This document shows, one piece after another, positions 63,001 through 64,000 of a stretch of DNA of 64,000 nucleotides. Source of the DNA: Octopus bimaculoides. Its lineage: Eukaryota. A program made the translations under genes and the position numbers. Numbering within the stretch: position 1 is the first letter of the stretch; each line of letters starts with the position of its first letter. The notes under the pieces were generated by a model. The model worked only from the letters and a program-made list of their open reading frames with translations, did no database searches and had not been told where the DNA came from. Location: positions 43,813,731-43,877,730 of the forward strand of contig NC_068984.1 in assembly GCF_001194135.2 (NCBI RefSeq), read 5' to 3'.

Positions 63001-63565
63001 CATGCAAGCATGATATGAGTCTTCACACGCATAAATGTACACATAAATGTACAAATGCCTTCTACTATAGCCGCGGCCGACNNNNNNNNNNNNNNNNNNN
63101 NNNNNNNNNNNNNNNNNNNNNNNNNNNNNNNNNNNNNNNNNNNNNNNNNNNNNNNNNNNNNNNNNNNNNNNNNNNNNNNNNNNNNNNNNNNNNNNNNNNN
63201 NNNNNNNNNNNNNNNNNNNNNNNNNNNNNNNNNNNNNNNNNNNNNNNNNNNNNNNNNNNNNNNNNNNNNNNNNNNNNNNNNNNNNNNNNNNNNNNNNNNN
63301 NNNNNNNNNNNNNNNNNNNNNNNNNNNNNNNNNNNNNNNNNNNNNNNNNNNNNNNNNNNNNNNNNNNNNNNNNNNNNNNNNNNNNNNNNNNNNNNNNNNN
63401 NNNNNNNNNNNNNNNNNNNNNNNNNNNNNNNNNNNNNNNNNNNNNNNNNNNNNNNNNNNNNNNNNNNNNNNNNNNNNNNNNNNNNNNNNNNNNNNNNNNN
63501 NNNNNNNNNNNNNNNNNNNNNNNNNNNNNNNNNNNNNNNNNNNNNNNNNNNNNNNNNNNNNNNNN

Positions 63566-63620
<55 letters not shown>

Positions 63621-64000
63621 GATAGTGGACTGATGAAACTAACAGGAGAGAGGGCTAAAATTTTAAGTGTATACACATGCACAGAAAAGCATATATATTT
63701 TTTAATCCGCTGTAACGTTACGTAATTGACTCAGGGGCCAAGACTTTCGTGTATTGTGCTTATCAAATATACATAGTATATGTGTGTGAATGTGTGTGTG
63801 GGTATGCGTGTGCATGAGTGTGTCTGTGTGTGTGAGTATGCAAGTGTAAGTGCATGCATATGTTAAAGACCTGAATATCTAAAGCTATACCTGCCTATCT
63901 TAATATGATATACTAAATTGATGGACGGCCTAATCTAAGAACATTTCTTCACCTCTTGTGGAGGACTGATAGCAGCCAGAATACGTTTCTGACCTTTAAC

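Larger units (their letters stand above)
8874..63565. other. Assembly gaps: 16 N runs, about 4.3 kb in total (the span given is first to last gap)
   Basis: N runs start near 8874, 13870, 16772, 18622, 20921, 22301, 23880, 31201, 33779, 46516, 47401, 47641, 49691, 52126, 62142 and 63082. Most are flanked by (TA)n, (CA)n, (GA)n or (TATC)n. Confidence 0.95.

Noticed and set aside
4911-63682. Dozens of ORF-track entries rich in YI/CV/HT/ER/LS repeats or X runs
   Set aside because: They are translations of (TA)n, (CA)n, (GA)n or (TATC)n microsatellites, or read through N gaps; they are not genes.

Overview
AT-rich eukaryotic DNA, dense in microsatellites and retroposons, with 16 assembly gaps (about 4.3 kb of N), most flanked by simple repeats. 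The repeat content resembles an octopus/cephalopod genome; this is my recognition, not a database result. I found no intact host gene, true tRNA/rRNA gene or CRISPR array, so the window reads as a large intron or intergenic tract. Almost all ORF-track entries are microsatellite or N-gap artefacts. The protein-like segments are decayed transposable elements: R4/Dong-like (RLE) LINE remnants, RTE LINE remnants, an L1/Tx1 3' fragment and an internally deleted DD37D Tc1/mariner element. SINE-like families are labelled A-G here (my labels). A = ~210 bp, most abundant. B = ~380 bp with a tRNA-like head. C = head + central microsatellite + tail. D = headless 3' module. E = tRNA-like head with a Penelope/hammerhead-like tail. 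F and G = partial copies. The most unusual structures are a ~900 bp foldback palindrome (44.2-45.1 kb), the family E element, R4/Dong fragments sitting on (TAA)n tracts next to family A copies, and a tandem SINE triplication. Coordinates were read by eye and are approximate unless a TSD or repeat unit is quoted.
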